Shown here one piece after another: positions 49,827 through 60,541 of a stretch of DNA of 64,000 nucleotides. Position numbers and translations under genes: made by a program. The stretch is from Candidatus Hermodarchaeota archaeon (GTDB taxonomy: Archaea; Asgardarchaeota; Thorarchaeia; Thorarchaeales; Thorarchaeaceae): the NCBI GenBank assembly GCA_048885865.1, contig JBHLLF010000013.1, positions 1 through 64,000 of the forward strand. Reading direction: 5' to 3'. The notes beneath the pieces were generated by a model. That model had not been told where the DNA came from and searched no databases. It saw only the letters and a list, made by a program, of their open reading frames with translations. The first letter of the stretch is position 1. Every line of letters starts with the position of its first letter.

Positions 49827-51236
49827 TCACTTAGTGTCGATTAATTTGGTTTGAATGTCACGAAGTATGAAGAAGAGTGACATCATCTCGTTCTCCTTCA
49901 CCTTCATTCCAGGATTAGAGGAGATCTCCTCAATCCTAGCGAATATTTTTTTGAAATTCTCCAAGCTGATTCCAGGGTCCTTGTACTGGAGGAGCTCATA
50001 CAGCTTCCTCAGATCGAACTCGCGCCATTGATACTTCTTCACCATGGCCCTTTTCAGCTTACGGTATAACATCTTCACGACCCGCCCATAGTTGCCCTCA
50101 CTACGGTAATACGACATCCGTTCGCTGAAGTAAGTTTGACCTCTTCTCAGAAAGACATCAGATACACTCTTCACTTCAGGCTTCTTGGGATCGGGCAGGT
50201 ACTTACGAATGCCTAGTACTGTTACCAGAGGATATAGAGGAGCAAGAATTGGCATGCCAGACAGCCACAGCGCTCTTCCAAGATAGAGTCCAAAGAAGAA
50301 CTCAGGCGATGACCAGGGCACCTCAAGAAGATTCTCACAAAACACAATGGGTCTATTCTCATCAGTGTCGCCACGTGCAAGCCAGTTGATTATGTTCAAT
50401 CCGAATCGTAAATTGCCGCCAAAGTCCTCCACCATGTCATTGATGAAAATGCTGGGATCGCTCACAGCAACCAAGCGACCACCGCCAAGTCCCATCGCAT
50501 CTCCCAAGTCGATAGCACCAGCTACCGGCAATACGCCAGCCCACTCATCTGGATCAGGCCAAGCCTCGCCTGTTTCAATTGAGGTAAGATTCTTCTCGCA
50601 CCACGCACGTCGTGTGGTCCATGCGAATCCCATATACCCCAGCAGACTCGTGGGGGTGATGACTGAGGCATAGTTTAGGTGTAAGGAACCAACTCCTTGA
50701 GTCAGAGTAGTGCCATAGCCTGTGACGCTATGAAAATCTGTCACAATGGGGAGGAGAGGGTTAGGTCCGTATGAGTCTAGGTCATAGAGAACTCCCTGTG
50801 GGAAGTTCAGTAGTCCCGTAAGGTTGACTGGGCCTGCCTGCATAGCTCCTTGCAGAAGGAGGTTGAGTATTGTAAATGAGCTGTTTGCTGTGCCAAAGTC
50901 ATCCGCAATTAAGACTCCTCCTCCTCTACTCAAGTGTTGAAATATCACTAATATTGTATCCACACTGAAGTCCACAACAGGACCTGTAATCACTAATGTT
51001 GCATTACCTTCATAGCGTCCTAGTGTACTCATCGATGCCTGGATTGTCTTTACCGTGTATCCAAGACCCTCAATAGCATCACGATATATACTGAGGCCAT
51101 CATATTCCTCATTGTAGATGCTGAAATCGTGCTGGTATGTTGCCTCTACATTGAATACACTAGTCCCTATTAGAACACCAACTGGTGCCCAGCTTAGAAT
51201 GAAGAGGATAACCTGCAAGTATTCTTTCCAGCCCAT
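49827..51236 (-). CDS. DUF4350-like membrane-anchored protein
   Basis: GGGVLIADDFG, GRLVAVSDPSIFINDM; MoxR operon context. Confidence 0.8.
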   Translation of the reverse strand: MGWKEYLQVILFILSWAPVGVLIGTSVFNVEATYQHDFSIYNEEYDGLSIYRDAIEGLGYTVKTIQASMSTLGRYEGNATLVITGPVVDFSVDTILVIFQHLSRGGGVLIADDFGTANSSFTILNLLLQGAMQAGPVNLTGLLNFPQGVLYDLDSYGPNPLLPIVTDFHSVTGYGTTLTQGVGSLHLNYASVITPTSLLGYMGFAWTTRRAWCEKNLTSIETGEAWPDPDEWAGVLPVAGAIDLGDAMGLGGGRLVAVSDPSIFINDMVEDFGGNLRFGLNIINWLARGDTDENRPIVFCENLLEVPWSSPEFFFGLYLGRALWLSGMPILAPLYPLVTVLGIRKYLPDPKKPEVKSVSDVFLRRGQTYFSERMSYYRSEGNYGRVVKMLYRKLKRAMVKKYQWREFDLRKLYELLQYKDPGISLENFKKIFARIEEISSNPGMKVKENEMMSLFFILRDIQTKLIDTK

Positions 51237-51251
51237 CGGTCACACCTAGAA

Positions 51252-51641
51252 CTATTCTGGCATTGCTCTTCCTTCAATTCGCGGGTATAGATCGCTGAAT
51301 GTCTTGATTGCTAGCTCGTATCTTTCACGTGTAATCACATGGTTTGAGAAGCGAGCCTCTTCATAGGATCTTATGAAGTCGTCAACAGCCACACCATCTA
51401 GCGGAATCACCTTCAAAACACGTTCTAGGAACTCGCGTGCAGTTTCAGACTGAGCGCGTTCAGAGCCCGTCTTCATGCCGCACATCTGTTCGAAGGTACG
51501 ATAAGCCAGGGTAATAGCTGCATTGTACTTCCCAGCATCTGCAAGCTTCTTGATGTTGCGGAGTTTCGCTGGAATATCAACACTTGCGACCTTCGGCGTT
51601 CCTCCGCGGAAGAGCCTGCCAATCGATTCTCTAAAGCCCAT
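51252..51641 (-). CDS. DUF4129 domain protein
   Basis: SETAREF, YEEARFSNH. Confidence 0.85.
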   Translation of the reverse strand: MGFRESIGRLFRGGTPKVASVDIPAKLRNIKKLADAGKYNAAITLAYRTFEQMCGMKTGSERAQSETAREFLERVLKVIPLDGVAVDDFIRSYEEARFSNHVITRERYELAIKTFSDLYPRIEGRAMPE

Positions 51642-51654
51642 ATTTCATCACCTT

Positions 51655-54600
51655 CTATTCTGTGGTTGGTATCGCGTCAATACGCGGGTAAAGATCTGTA
51701 AACACGCGCATCGCCCCATCATAGGTCTCCTCTGTTATCTCATGATGGGAGAACCGCGCTTCTTCGTAAGCCTGAAGCAGCTCATTCACAGAAGAGCTGT
51801 CCAATGGAATCTCCTTAAGAATTCGTGTTATGTAATCCCTCGCTGTTTCCGAATGGCGTCGAGGCTGTCCAGTCCTGGATGCACACATGTCCTCGAATGT
51901 GTGATAAGTCAGCGATATCGCAGCGGCATATTTGCCAGCATCAGCAAGCCTCTTGATACTCCTCAGCTTGCTAGCCAGATCTCTTGCCACTGAAACAAAT
52001 GCACCTTTGCCAAAGCCTCTAACAAAGTACAGGTAAAGGAAAAGGACTGCCACAGCAGCGCCTATTGCAGCTAACGGTAGGAGCAAGTCTAAAGCATTTG
52101 GAAATCCAATGCCAGGAGGACGGATGTTAATGTAAATCGAGTTTGAAACCAAATCAGGGACACCACTATCGAGGGAAGTGAGTGTCACAAATACAGCAAT
52201 CCTAGCCTCGTGGTCAATCCCTGCTTGGTTCATCGAAACTACGCCGCTTGCCTGAGTACTGACTAGATGCTCAGTTCCATTTACATTGATTATTGCATTT
52301 CGTATTCGAATAGGAATCCCAAGATCATCTGTAAACGCCACAGTGATTGTGAAATCAGTTGCAAGATTGACTTGCTGCGGAGTGCCTCCAAAATCAAATC
52401 TAACAGCAGTGAATATGTGGATATTGCTAGGCGCGATGCCAGTCGAACCTAGGACGTAGTTCGCATCATTCCCATAGCATTCGACTACTAGCTGATAGAG
52501 ACCGCTCGTCGCCCAACCAGCTGGAATTGTTATGGGAATGTCGTTCCAATCACCTGAGGCCATCCCTCTTTGGAAGAGGAAGGTAGTATTGAGATAGATT
52601 CTGATGGTCGTTACTTCTTCTAGAATGCCATCATCATCCATGAGTTGAGCACTAAAAGTGAATGTTTCACCTGGCTGATAGTCTACAAGTCGGGGGACAG
52701 TCACAGTGGTTGTAGAACTTATGTACATCTCGAGGAGCCATGAGTCTGCAGGACCAGAGAGCACATAGTAGGACCCAGGCTGCACGTCAAGTGTGATGTA
52801 GAACAACCCACGTGGGTGAGTATCCGGAAATGTATAATCCACACTGAAGATTCCGGACCCACTTGATATACCACTCTCGGCCCAGGTTCCATCATCGAAG
52901 ATATCAATGGGAACATCAGCCACACTGCCACCACCGTTGGAAACAGTTCCAGATATGGTGATCTGTTCACCTCTTGCAAATTGCGGTCCTGGCGCCGGAG
53001 CCAAACTTAGAGTGACCTGATCCCATATCTCGACTATCTCAGGAGCTGTGGAAGCCGCCTGAAATGCTGCGTTTGGTCTGACAAATCGGACATAGTACCG
53101 ACTATCTCCAACATCATGCGCCCAGCCTATGTCATGGAGGTATGCAAATCCTCCCCCTAGATCTGTAATGGTTATGGTGGCTACTGTCCAATCTCCAGTA
53201 TTATTCACCCAATGAATTGCAACCTGATAACCCACCATTGGCGTACCATTGGTGAACGCAAGAGAGCCAGATATTGTACCAGAGTTCCCTCGGAAAATCG
53301 TGTAAGTGTCAATAGATGCAGATAGATTCACGGTATACTGTAAGAAGTCGACAGATGAAGTTGGAGTCGTGTAGTCTGCAACCCAATTCATCGGAGAGAG
53401 AAATCGAACGCTGATTTGGTGTGTGCCTGGAGTGGCGGATTCTGGGATTTGCCAATTGAACAAGAATGAGCCATCTGACGCGGTGAAAGTATTGCCAACT
53501 GGGTTGCCATCAACGAGAAGGCCAACCGAAACACCTCCAATCGAATATGGACCAACTACGTAGGTCAATGTGCCGGTGATTGGTATCGTCTGGAGAATAT
53601 AGTAACTGGCAGCACCAGTGCTAAACCCGGAGATGATTGTCTGCCATTGCGAAAGAGTGAGAGTATCGTGAAATGACTCTGCAGGTTCCAGCAATAATGA
53701 CCCATCATAATACACATAGACCTCTATTCCAGTTCTAATAGTGTCCATAGCCATTCTGGAATAGTCAATCACAGCCCACCCGCTTGCATTAGTTAGAATT
53801 GGTGCGCTATCAAGGCGTCCCAGAGTTCCATTGAACCAGTAGAATCTGATAGTCGCTCCGCTTATGTTGGTACCATTGATAGTGAAATACAGGTGCGCGG
53901 AGATAGTTAGCGTATCGTTCTGGTAGATTGGATTTGATGAAAGGAACATATCCAAGGTGACCTGATATCGTTGAGCCGTCACTTGCATGGCACCTGTTAT
54001 TGCATCAGCATTGAGAGAACTTGTGCTGTTGTAGAAACACAGAAAGTAGTAATCTCCCTCCGAGTCCGGCGGGACCGTGAAGTAATGAGTGTATGAGAAG
54101 TAGCCCGTACCATCAGTTGTATCACTTCCAATGTAGCTCCAGGGGCCAACTGCGCTTCCAGAGATGTAGACATCCACCACTTCTCCTACAAGAGGCGGTG
54201 CTCCTCCCAAATATGTAAGCCAACCATCGATGACTACGCCTTGGTCAAGGTATACGAAGCCGGGCGCGAATGCGGTAAGCTCCAACTGGTACAGCTCAAC
54301 ATTGGCACTTTGACTTCCTGAGTTTGCATTAGACCATAAGGGATCAGTACTAGTATACTCGCTCCAAATCATAATGCCGCCAAGAAGATCAGCCAGAGTG
54401 AAGTTGTATTGGAAGCTGAACCAACCAGACGCGTCTGTTACCTTTAACCAAGTACGTTCTCCGTTGCCATCTACGAAATGAATTACAACTGTGGCACCAG
54501 GAATTGGATTTCCATTGTGGGGAAATGTGAGCTGACCAGCATAGTATAGCACCTCATCCAAATGATAGGTACCATTGATTGCCATAGCCATGATGTCCGT

Positions 54601-57600
54601 CTGATAGAGTTGTGTAGTGATGGCAGGTACAAGATTGGTGAATGCCGGATCATAAGGACCACCTCCTGTATAATTAACACTGACTACTATAGTGCCAACT
54701 CCATCGCTCAGTGATAGAGGGTAGGTCAGATTATAGTACCCGGTTGAATTTGTGGTTCGAACGAATGATTGGAGGGTTCCATTGTTCCAGTATATTGTAA
54801 CGTCTTCGCCCGCGATGGGTGTACCGCCATAAAACAGCTGACCGAAAAGGTAGACTGTTCCATTCACATAGTAAACTCTCACGCCTCCAATAGTGTTAAC
54901 TGTCAGTATTGTGGGACGTGTCTGAATGTCAGGATAGGCGCGTGGAGACTCCGCGCTTGCAACATTGATGTATGGCGACTCGAATGATGTATAGATGGTG
55001 ACATTGCCTAACTCATGCCCTGCAGGGATGACGTAATAGAACAAGTATCCGCCAGTCGAGTTTGTTATCGTCCATCCAATCTGGTGCAAGCCATCAGTCT
55101 GGTTATACCACCATATCGAGAGATTCGCGTTTGAGAATGGCCAGGCAAGCTCTGGGAATGTCACAATACCCTCGATCGCCACTGTATCCAAAATGTACAA
55201 TGGATCAGGAATGGGCTCGAGTGTGATCTGAACATCCCACTTCTTGACCTCAACGCTACGAATTGGGGACTGTGAGTTGTCATAATATCCGTCAAGAGAG
55301 ATGAAATTCACCCAGAGATCCACAAAGCCTTCAAAACCAGCAGGTACAGTGTAAGTGAATTGGTACCAGCCACCTGCTTCGGTCACGTTTGACCCCAGCT
55401 GAACTGCGGATGTGCCATCGTCCCACCAGAAATCGACTGTTCTCCCCACGAGACCAGTGCCATTCACACCATCCAAAAGATGCCCATAGATTGTGATGTT
55501 CTCTGCAATATGGACAACCCCAGGAAGTACAGTTGAGTAAGCCATGTCACTGAGATCGGTCGGTCGCAGACGGATCTCCACTGGGATATTATCATTCATA
55601 TTCACAATGTCAGGAGAGGGTGAGCTCCATGTTACATTTGCATCAAACCAGCCTAGTGCATGGGCCAATGGTATTGGGAAGTCGTACTGGAAGAATCCTG
55701 TTGCATCTGTCACTCTGCTGTCGAGATATGCGCCGTTGAAGTAGAAGTCAATACTCTCGAAAGAGAGTATCGTGCCGTTGAAGAGCTGCAAAGTGCCCTC
55801 ATAATGTAGAGTAGCCCCACGATATGCGGGATTGGGAGTCACAACGAGGTTCGAGGTTGCGGCGCCATAGATTGTCACTGTAGAATTGTCACTTGACCGT
55901 GCAGGAAGATAGACGGGGTAGTATGGTGGGAGTGGGTCGTATTCACCGCGGTAGCTAGACCAGAGCTCATGAGCTCCCGGGGTCATAAGCCCCATTAAGG
56001 TGGCATTTGCAGGATCAATGTACATGAGGTACCTGTAGCTCCCATTTGAGAGAATTAGTGCAGAACCTAGAGTCTGATCATCCCACATGATTTGCATCCA
56101 GGGATTGTTCAAAGTGGAACCATCAACACCATTGCCCTCTGAATCCGTCATGTTACCCCGGATATCCAGGGTGTCATTCCAGTAGGCAATGTAAGTGTCC
56201 AATCCTTGCTTGATGTCGATGTCAATTTCCTCGCTTAGGAAGAATCCGCTCTCGGGCTCATCAGCTGCATACCTTGGATTGGGCTGCGACACAGCATAAA
56301 TGGCGGTCCAGTTCGAAACCACGTAAGTGGGACCATAATAGGTCGCAGTGATATTGTGCATTCCCACTGAAGATCCGCCCGGAAATGCATAGTCGAGAGT
56401 AGCATAGCCGCCGGGACCTATCACAGCGGAGCCCATTACAACACTATCTGTCCTGTCAAAGAAATCGATTGTTTCCGGTGTGGTTATTGGAACACCGTTG
56501 ACAAAGATGAATGCGTATATTTGGAAGGGCGTTCCAATAAGCTCGTACACATCTGGATACAGGCTGGACAAAAGCAGAAGCTCGACGTTTCCCTGCTGTG
56601 TGTTAGGAACTCCACCAGTATTAGGCAAAGGTAGAGGAAGGACTTGGATCCACTCGCCTCCATTTGGATGGCCCGACATGGGAATGAAGACCTCTGCCCA
56701 GAATACCGTGTGCAGGACTTGGATTTCACGATAGCCGCCCATTGGTTCACCTACAGCATAACCAAGTGTTGGTCGGGCAGGAACGCCAAGATATCGCATA
56801 AAGACGCAGTAGGCGGTCACGAAGTCCACGGGTAGTCCGCCGCCGCGTTCCAAGAACCAGTCAGTGACCTCCTGAGCGCCTGGACGATTAGTGTAGTCAT
56901 CAAGTATGAGCGAGAAGTTGCTACGGAAGAACTGCTCCACTTGAACTGCAGTTTCGTACGCATTACCGGCGCCGCTGAACTGCGATGCATTCCCAATCAC
57001 ATTGGCACTCAGGGCGACACCTACAGGAGAATACATATTCCAGATAGTTGGAGGAGCTTGATCACCATCAAGGGCACTACCTTGAACCGTGATGAGGTCT
57101 TGATTGTCGTACGTGACTTCATAGCTGAGGAGAACGTCCTCTCCACTGCCTTCAAAGAATGGGTTCAAGAGGGCTGTGCCATATTCATCAGTGAATATCT
57201 CATAGCTCGTCAGTCTGCTTGAACTATGAGAAACATAATGACCGGTTTCATTAATATAGCCAGTTTCAAATGACCCTCGAATGATCTTCATGTTTGGGAA
57301 CAGAGTAGGAATCTCAAGGGGCTCAGTAGCGGGTCCAGTCGTGACATTGAGATACACTCGGTATATTTCATTGGTGGCTTCCCATGAATCGATAGTCCCA
57401 TCGCCCACTGACCACTGTGTGGTGTCTGTCTTAGCCCAACTAGAGCCATCGTAGTCATCATATGCCGTGCTACGCCATAATTGAGGTGGGTCCTCTGGCT
57501 CCACGTAGAACAACACGTTATATAGCTGATTAATGTAGTCCTCAGGAGGCGTTTCGTTGACGGGAGCGCGCGTATAGTTCCACCAGTCCGTCACACCACC

Positions 57601-57789
57601 TGCCCAGGGTATATCATAGCCAAAGACTGGTGCCTCGTCATACTCTATGTGCGCGTCGTAGTCACGGACTAATCCGAGGTGGACCAGGGCAAAAGACCAA
57701 CCCGCCCATACTATCATAGCCACTAGAATAAGAGAGCTGATTACAGTCATTGCTCCCATTCTGCGCTGGTCTGTGGTTTTGGCGGCCAA
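51655..57789 (-). CDS. Giant membrane protein: transglutaminase-like domain, many Ig-like domains, C-terminal DUF4129
   Basis: LWRSTAYDDYDGSSW, RYLGVPAR..GY, WAEVFIP..W; repeated T...G.F/Y beta-sandwich units; TM helix followed by YEEARFSHH. Confidence 0.88.
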   Translation of the reverse strand: MAAKTTDQRRMGAMTVISSLILVAMIVWAGWSFALVHLGLVRDYDAHIEYDEAPVFGYDIPWAGGVTDWWNYTRAPVNETPPEDYINQLYNVLFYVEPEDPPQLWRSTAYDDYDGSSWAKTDTTQWSVGDGTIDSWEATNEIYRVYLNVTTGPATEPLEIPTLFPNMKIIRGSFETGYINETGHYVSHSSSRLTSYEIFTDEYGTALLNPFFEGSGEDVLLSYEVTYDNQDLITVQGSALDGDQAPPTIWNMYSPVGVALSANVIGNASQFSGAGNAYETAVQVEQFFRSNFSLILDDYTNRPGAQEVTDWFLERGGGLPVDFVTAYCVFMRYLGVPARPTLGYAVGEPMGGYREIQVLHTVFWAEVFIPMSGHPNGGEWIQVLPLPLPNTGGVPNTQQGNVELLLLSSLYPDVYELIGTPFQIYAFIFVNGVPITTPETIDFFDRTDSVVMGSAVIGPGGYATLDYAFPGGSSVGMHNITATYYGPTYVVSNWTAIYAVSQPNPRYAADEPESGFFLSEEIDIDIKQGLDTYIAYWNDTLDIRGNMTDSEGNGVDGSTLNNPWMQIMWDDQTLGSALILSNGSYRYLMYIDPANATLMGLMTPGAHELWSSYRGEYDPLPPYYPVYLPARSSDNSTVTIYGAATSNLVVTPNPAYRGATLHYEGTLQLFNGTILSFESIDFYFNGAYLDSRVTDATGFFQYDFPIPLAHALGWFDANVTWSSPSPDIVNMNDNIPVEIRLRPTDLSDMAYSTVLPGVVHIAENITIYGHLLDGVNGTGLVGRTVDFWWDDGTSAVQLGSNVTEAGGWYQFTYTVPAGFEGFVDLWVNFISLDGYYDNSQSPIRSVEVKKWDVQITLEPIPDPLYILDTVAIEGIVTFPELAWPFSNANLSIWWYNQTDGLHQIGWTITNSTGGYLFYYVIPAGHELGNVTIYTSFESPYINVASAESPRAYPDIQTRPTILTVNTIGGVRVYYVNGTVYLFGQLFYGGTPIAGEDVTIYWNNGTLQSFVRTTNSTGYYNLTYPLSLSDGVGTIVVSVNYTGGGPYDPAFTNLVPAITTQLYQTDIMAMAINGTYHLDEVLYYAGQLTFPHNGNPIPGATVVIHFVDGNGERTWLKVTDASGWFSFQYNFTLADLLGGIMIWSEYTSTDPLWSNANSGSQSANVELYQLELTAFAPGFVYLDQGVVIDGWLTYLGGAPPLVGEVVDVYISGSAVGPWSYIGSDTTDGTGYFSYTHYFTVPPDSEGDYYFLCFYNSTSSLNADAITGAMQVTAQRYQVTLDMFLSSNPIYQNDTLTISAHLYFTINGTNISGATIRFYWFNGTLGRLDSAPILTNASGWAVIDYSRMAMDTIRTGIEVYVYYDGSLLLEPAESFHDTLTLSQWQTIISGFSTGAASYYILQTIPITGTLTYVVGPYSIGGVSVGLLVDGNPVGNTFTASDGSFLFNWQIPESATPGTHQISVRFLSPMNWVADYTTPTSSVDFLQYTVNLSASIDTYTIFRGNSGTISGSLAFTNGTPMVGYQVAIHWVNNTGDWTVATITITDLGGGFAYLHDIGWAHDVGDSRYYVRFVRPNAAFQAASTAPEIVEIWDQVTLSLAPAPGPQFARGEQITISGTVSNGGGSVADVPIDIFDDGTWAESGISSGSGIFSVDYTFPDTHPRGLFYITLDVQPGSYYVLSGPADSWLLEMYISSTTTVTVPRLVDYQPGETFTFSAQLMDDDGILEEVTTIRIYLNTTFLFQRGMASGDWNDIPITIPAGWATSGLYQLVVECYGNDANYVLGSTGIAPSNIHIFTAVRFDFGGTPQQVNLATDFTITVAFTDDLGIPIRIRNAIINVNGTEHLVSTQASGVVSMNQAGIDHEARIAVFVTLTSLDSGVPDLVSNSIYINIRPPGIGFPNALDLLLPLAAIGAAVAVLFLYLYFVRGFGKGAFVSVARDLASKLRSIKRLADAGKYAAAISLTYHTFEDMCASRTGQPRRHSETARDYITRILKEIPLDSSSVNELLQAYEEARFSHHEITEETYDGAMRVFTDLYPRIDAIPTTE

Positions 57790-57988
57790 ATGATTATACC
57801 TCTTCTATGTGAGCTGCAACTCCAAACTCGCATTAGGTGGTGAGTTCTGTACTACCACAAACCGTCCGTTTCAAGCAATTAAAGGGTTTCTCGGGCCTTA
57901 TGGCTCTCCCATAAATCGAAAGGTAACCAAACACCAATATATAGCTCCAATCAGCAAATTAGCACCTCAAACAAAGGACCTATTCCAG

Positions 57989-58573
57989 ATGTCATACTTT
58001 GATAGAATTGACTCGTTTGTAAAGCAAGAAATGACCGGATCGGATCCAGGCGCACATGCCTACGACCATGTAAAGAGAGTGTTTTCCCTCGCGATGAGAA
58101 TAGGGACCATACTGGGAGCGGATCTGAGAATTCTGGGAGCAGCAGCTCTTCTGCATGATGTGGGGCGTGCAAATGAGGAGGAAACAGGAATCTCACACTC
58201 AATCGTGTCTGGTGATATGAGCACAGAGATATTGAAAGAAGTGGGATTCACTCAGGATGAGATACAGAATGTCAGAGATGTCATCAGAACTCATAGATTC
58301 AGCGAAGGGCTCACTCCCACAACTCTTGAGGGCGAGATTCTTAGCGATGCTGACAAGCTGGATGCGCTAGGAGCTATCGGGGTTTTTCGAGCTATTGCTC
58401 AAGCGGCAGCAACTGGTGATGGTGCAGAGGCATTTCTCAGACATGCAGATGAGAAGCTGCTGAAGTTGCACGAGTTGATGTACACTGAGGAGGGGAAAAA
58501 GATTGCAGAGGCCCGCCATTCGGTTCTCAGTGATTTTGTTACAGAGCTACGAAAAGAGATTGATAGTTACTAG
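57989..58573 (+). CDS. HD domain phosphohydrolase
   Basis: HAYDHVKRV, LLHDVG, DADKLDALGAIG; start trimmed to MSYFD. Confidence 0.9.
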   Translation: MSYFDRIDSFVKQEMTGSDPGAHAYDHVKRVFSLAMRIGTILGADLRILGAAALLHDVGRANEEETGISHSIVSGDMSTEILKEVGFTQDEIQNVRDVIRTHRFSEGLTPTTLEGEILSDADKLDALGAIGVFRAIAQAAATGDGAEAFLRHADEKLLKLHELMYTEEGKKIAEARHSVLSDFVTELRKEIDSY

Positions 58574-58574
58574 A

Positions 58575-59165
58575 TCATATTGGGTTCTTTCCAAGATACA
58601 TTTCAAGATATGAATCCCGAATAGACTCCTCTGGATTGAGACCGAGCTCTCTGACCACATCAAAGATGTCTTCTCTAGCTGAAGCAATCTGGTCCTCATG
58701 CTCCACGACGCGCTCAAGCTCTAGGAATTTGCCAACATCAATCACGTCATCTATGCTGATTGTGATTTCTCGTACAACGTAGAATGACCGTATCTTGGTG
58801 ACCTTCGCAATAGTTTTGAACCCAAGTTGGGTCAGTATCAATCCGGCCTCTCTGGAGTCGTCGAGCCCCACTGATAACTCGACTCTGGTCTTTGAGAGAG
58901 GATCGACCTTCGGGCCCTTGTATGTCATCTCATTGAGAGGTCTATCATCCGTTACTAGTTGACGATCATCTGTATGTGGCTGTCGACTCCTGATTCGTAT
59001 TGCCTCATCAGTTTCTGGAAAAGACCTGCATGGATGATCGAAGTATGCATCGACTTGGGTTTCAGTGTTGAGTTTTCGCGCACCAATCTTGAGAAGAGCC
59101 GCCTCGAGCCGCTCAGACTCTTCCAGGGTGATCTTCACTTCAACCTCGAATCTACTCTCACTCAT
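58575..59165 (-). CDS. cyaB: CYTH family/class IV adenylate cyclase-like protein
   Basis: EVEVK, TYKGPK, FLELE, SYLE. Confidence 0.88.
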   Translation of the reverse strand: MSESRFEVEVKITLEESERLEAALLKIGARKLNTETQVDAYFDHPCRSFPETDEAIRIRSRQPHTDDRQLVTDDRPLNEMTYKGPKVDPLSKTRVELSVGLDDSREAGLILTQLGFKTIAKVTKIRSFYVVREITISIDDVIDVGKFLELERVVEHEDQIASAREDIFDVVRELGLNPEESIRDSYLEMYLGKNPI

Positions 59166-59286
59166 TGTGCCTCATTATCTGCATCATCATATCTCCGAGT
59201 TAGGTGTTTCTCCTCGCTTTCATATTCACATAAGTTGCCACAACTCACATAACGGGAGATAGATTCCACTGCAATGGGTTGCCACC

Positions 59287-60537
59287 ATGTCAAGAGTCGT
59301 GAAATACAAATGTGCAAAATGTGGCAAGGAATACAACGATGGAAATGTCCCACCCAACGATGGATGTGGTGGTAGAATCGACATCACCTTTGATCTCGAG
59401 GCTATCAAGGATTCTTTCTCGAAAACTCAATTGGAGAGCACAAGAGGAGGCCTCTGGAAGTACTTCGACTTGATGCCTCTCAGAAAGAAGGAGAGCATTG
59501 TAACACTTGGTGAGGGTGACACGCCCCTTGTGCAGAGCAAAGGGCTTGGCAAGGAACTGGGGCTGCAGAGGCTCTACCTGAAGCTGGAAACATTATGTCC
59601 TTCTGGTTCTTTCAAGGATAGGCCAATATGTGTAGGTGTGAGTCGTGCAGCAGAAGATGGTGCTCAGACTGTTTCTGCAGCATCTTCTGGCAATGCTGCC
59701 GCTGCAATGTCAACATATGCGGCGAGAGCAGGACTCAGAGCAGTAGTATTTGTTCCAGAGGATGCTCCTGCAGGCAAACTCATTCATCTGAGAACATTAG
59801 GGGCCCGTGTATTCAGGGTTCGCAAAGTAGAGGAGGGTGTTGACCCAACAACTACGCTCCTCAAGGCTGCATGCAGTGAGCTGGGATGGACACCCTCTCC
59901 ATCATTCGGACCGTTCAACTGTTTCCAGTTTGAGGGTACAAAGTCACTTGGCTATGAGATTGCAGAGCAGCTATCATGGAATCCTCCTGATTGGATTCTT
60001 TTCCCTACGGGAAGTGGAGGGCTGACAGCGGGTACAATGAAGGGGCTCTGGGAGTTTCAACAAATGGGGCTTATCGACAGACTTCCCAGACCTGTTGTGG
60101 TTCAGCCAGAAGGATGCGCTCCCATTGTAAGAGCATTCAATGAAAGTCAAGAACCATTGAACATTGTGCCCTGGGATTCCAATGAGACCATTGCGGGGGG
60201 ACTTGCTGATCCTTTTCCATGGGATGGTGACGCTGCTCTAAAATACCTCAATCTGGCAGACGGAAAAGCAGTGGCAGTCGAGGACTCGCTCATTGAGAAA
60301 TATCTTGTACTCCTAGGGAAACTGGAAGGTGTGTTCGCTGAACCGAGTGGAGTTGCGGCCCTGGCGGGTCTAGACGTTCTTTTGAAGGAAGGTGTTATTG
60401 ATAGATCAGACTCTGTGGTCGTTCCTATTACAGGCTCAGGATTCAAGGATCTCGGCACTCCAGATCGATTGACACCACCGGTCACACTCATTGGCCCTAG
60501 GGTTAATGAGCTAAGGAGAGCATTGGAAGAAGGGTGA
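59287..60537 (+). CDS. thrC: Threonine synthase
   Basis: LGEGDTPL, PSGSFKDR (PLP Lys), ASSGN, PTGSGG, TGSGFKD. Confidence 0.9.
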   Translation: MSRVVKYKCAKCGKEYNDGNVPPNDGCGGRIDITFDLEAIKDSFSKTQLESTRGGLWKYFDLMPLRKKESIVTLGEGDTPLVQSKGLGKELGLQRLYLKLETLCPSGSFKDRPICVGVSRAAEDGAQTVSAASSGNAAAAMSTYAARAGLRAVVFVPEDAPAGKLIHLRTLGARVFRVRKVEEGVDPTTTLLKAACSELGWTPSPSFGPFNCFQFEGTKSLGYEIAEQLSWNPPDWILFPTGSGGLTAGTMKGLWEFQQMGLIDRLPRPVVVQPEGCAPIVRAFNESQEPLNIVPWDSNETIAGGLADPFPWDGDAALKYLNLADGKAVAVEDSLIEKYLVLLGKLEGVFAEPSGVAALAGLDVLLKEGVIDRSDSVVVPITGSGFKDLGTPDRLTPPVTLIGPRVNELRRALEEG

Positions 60538-60541
60538 TGGA

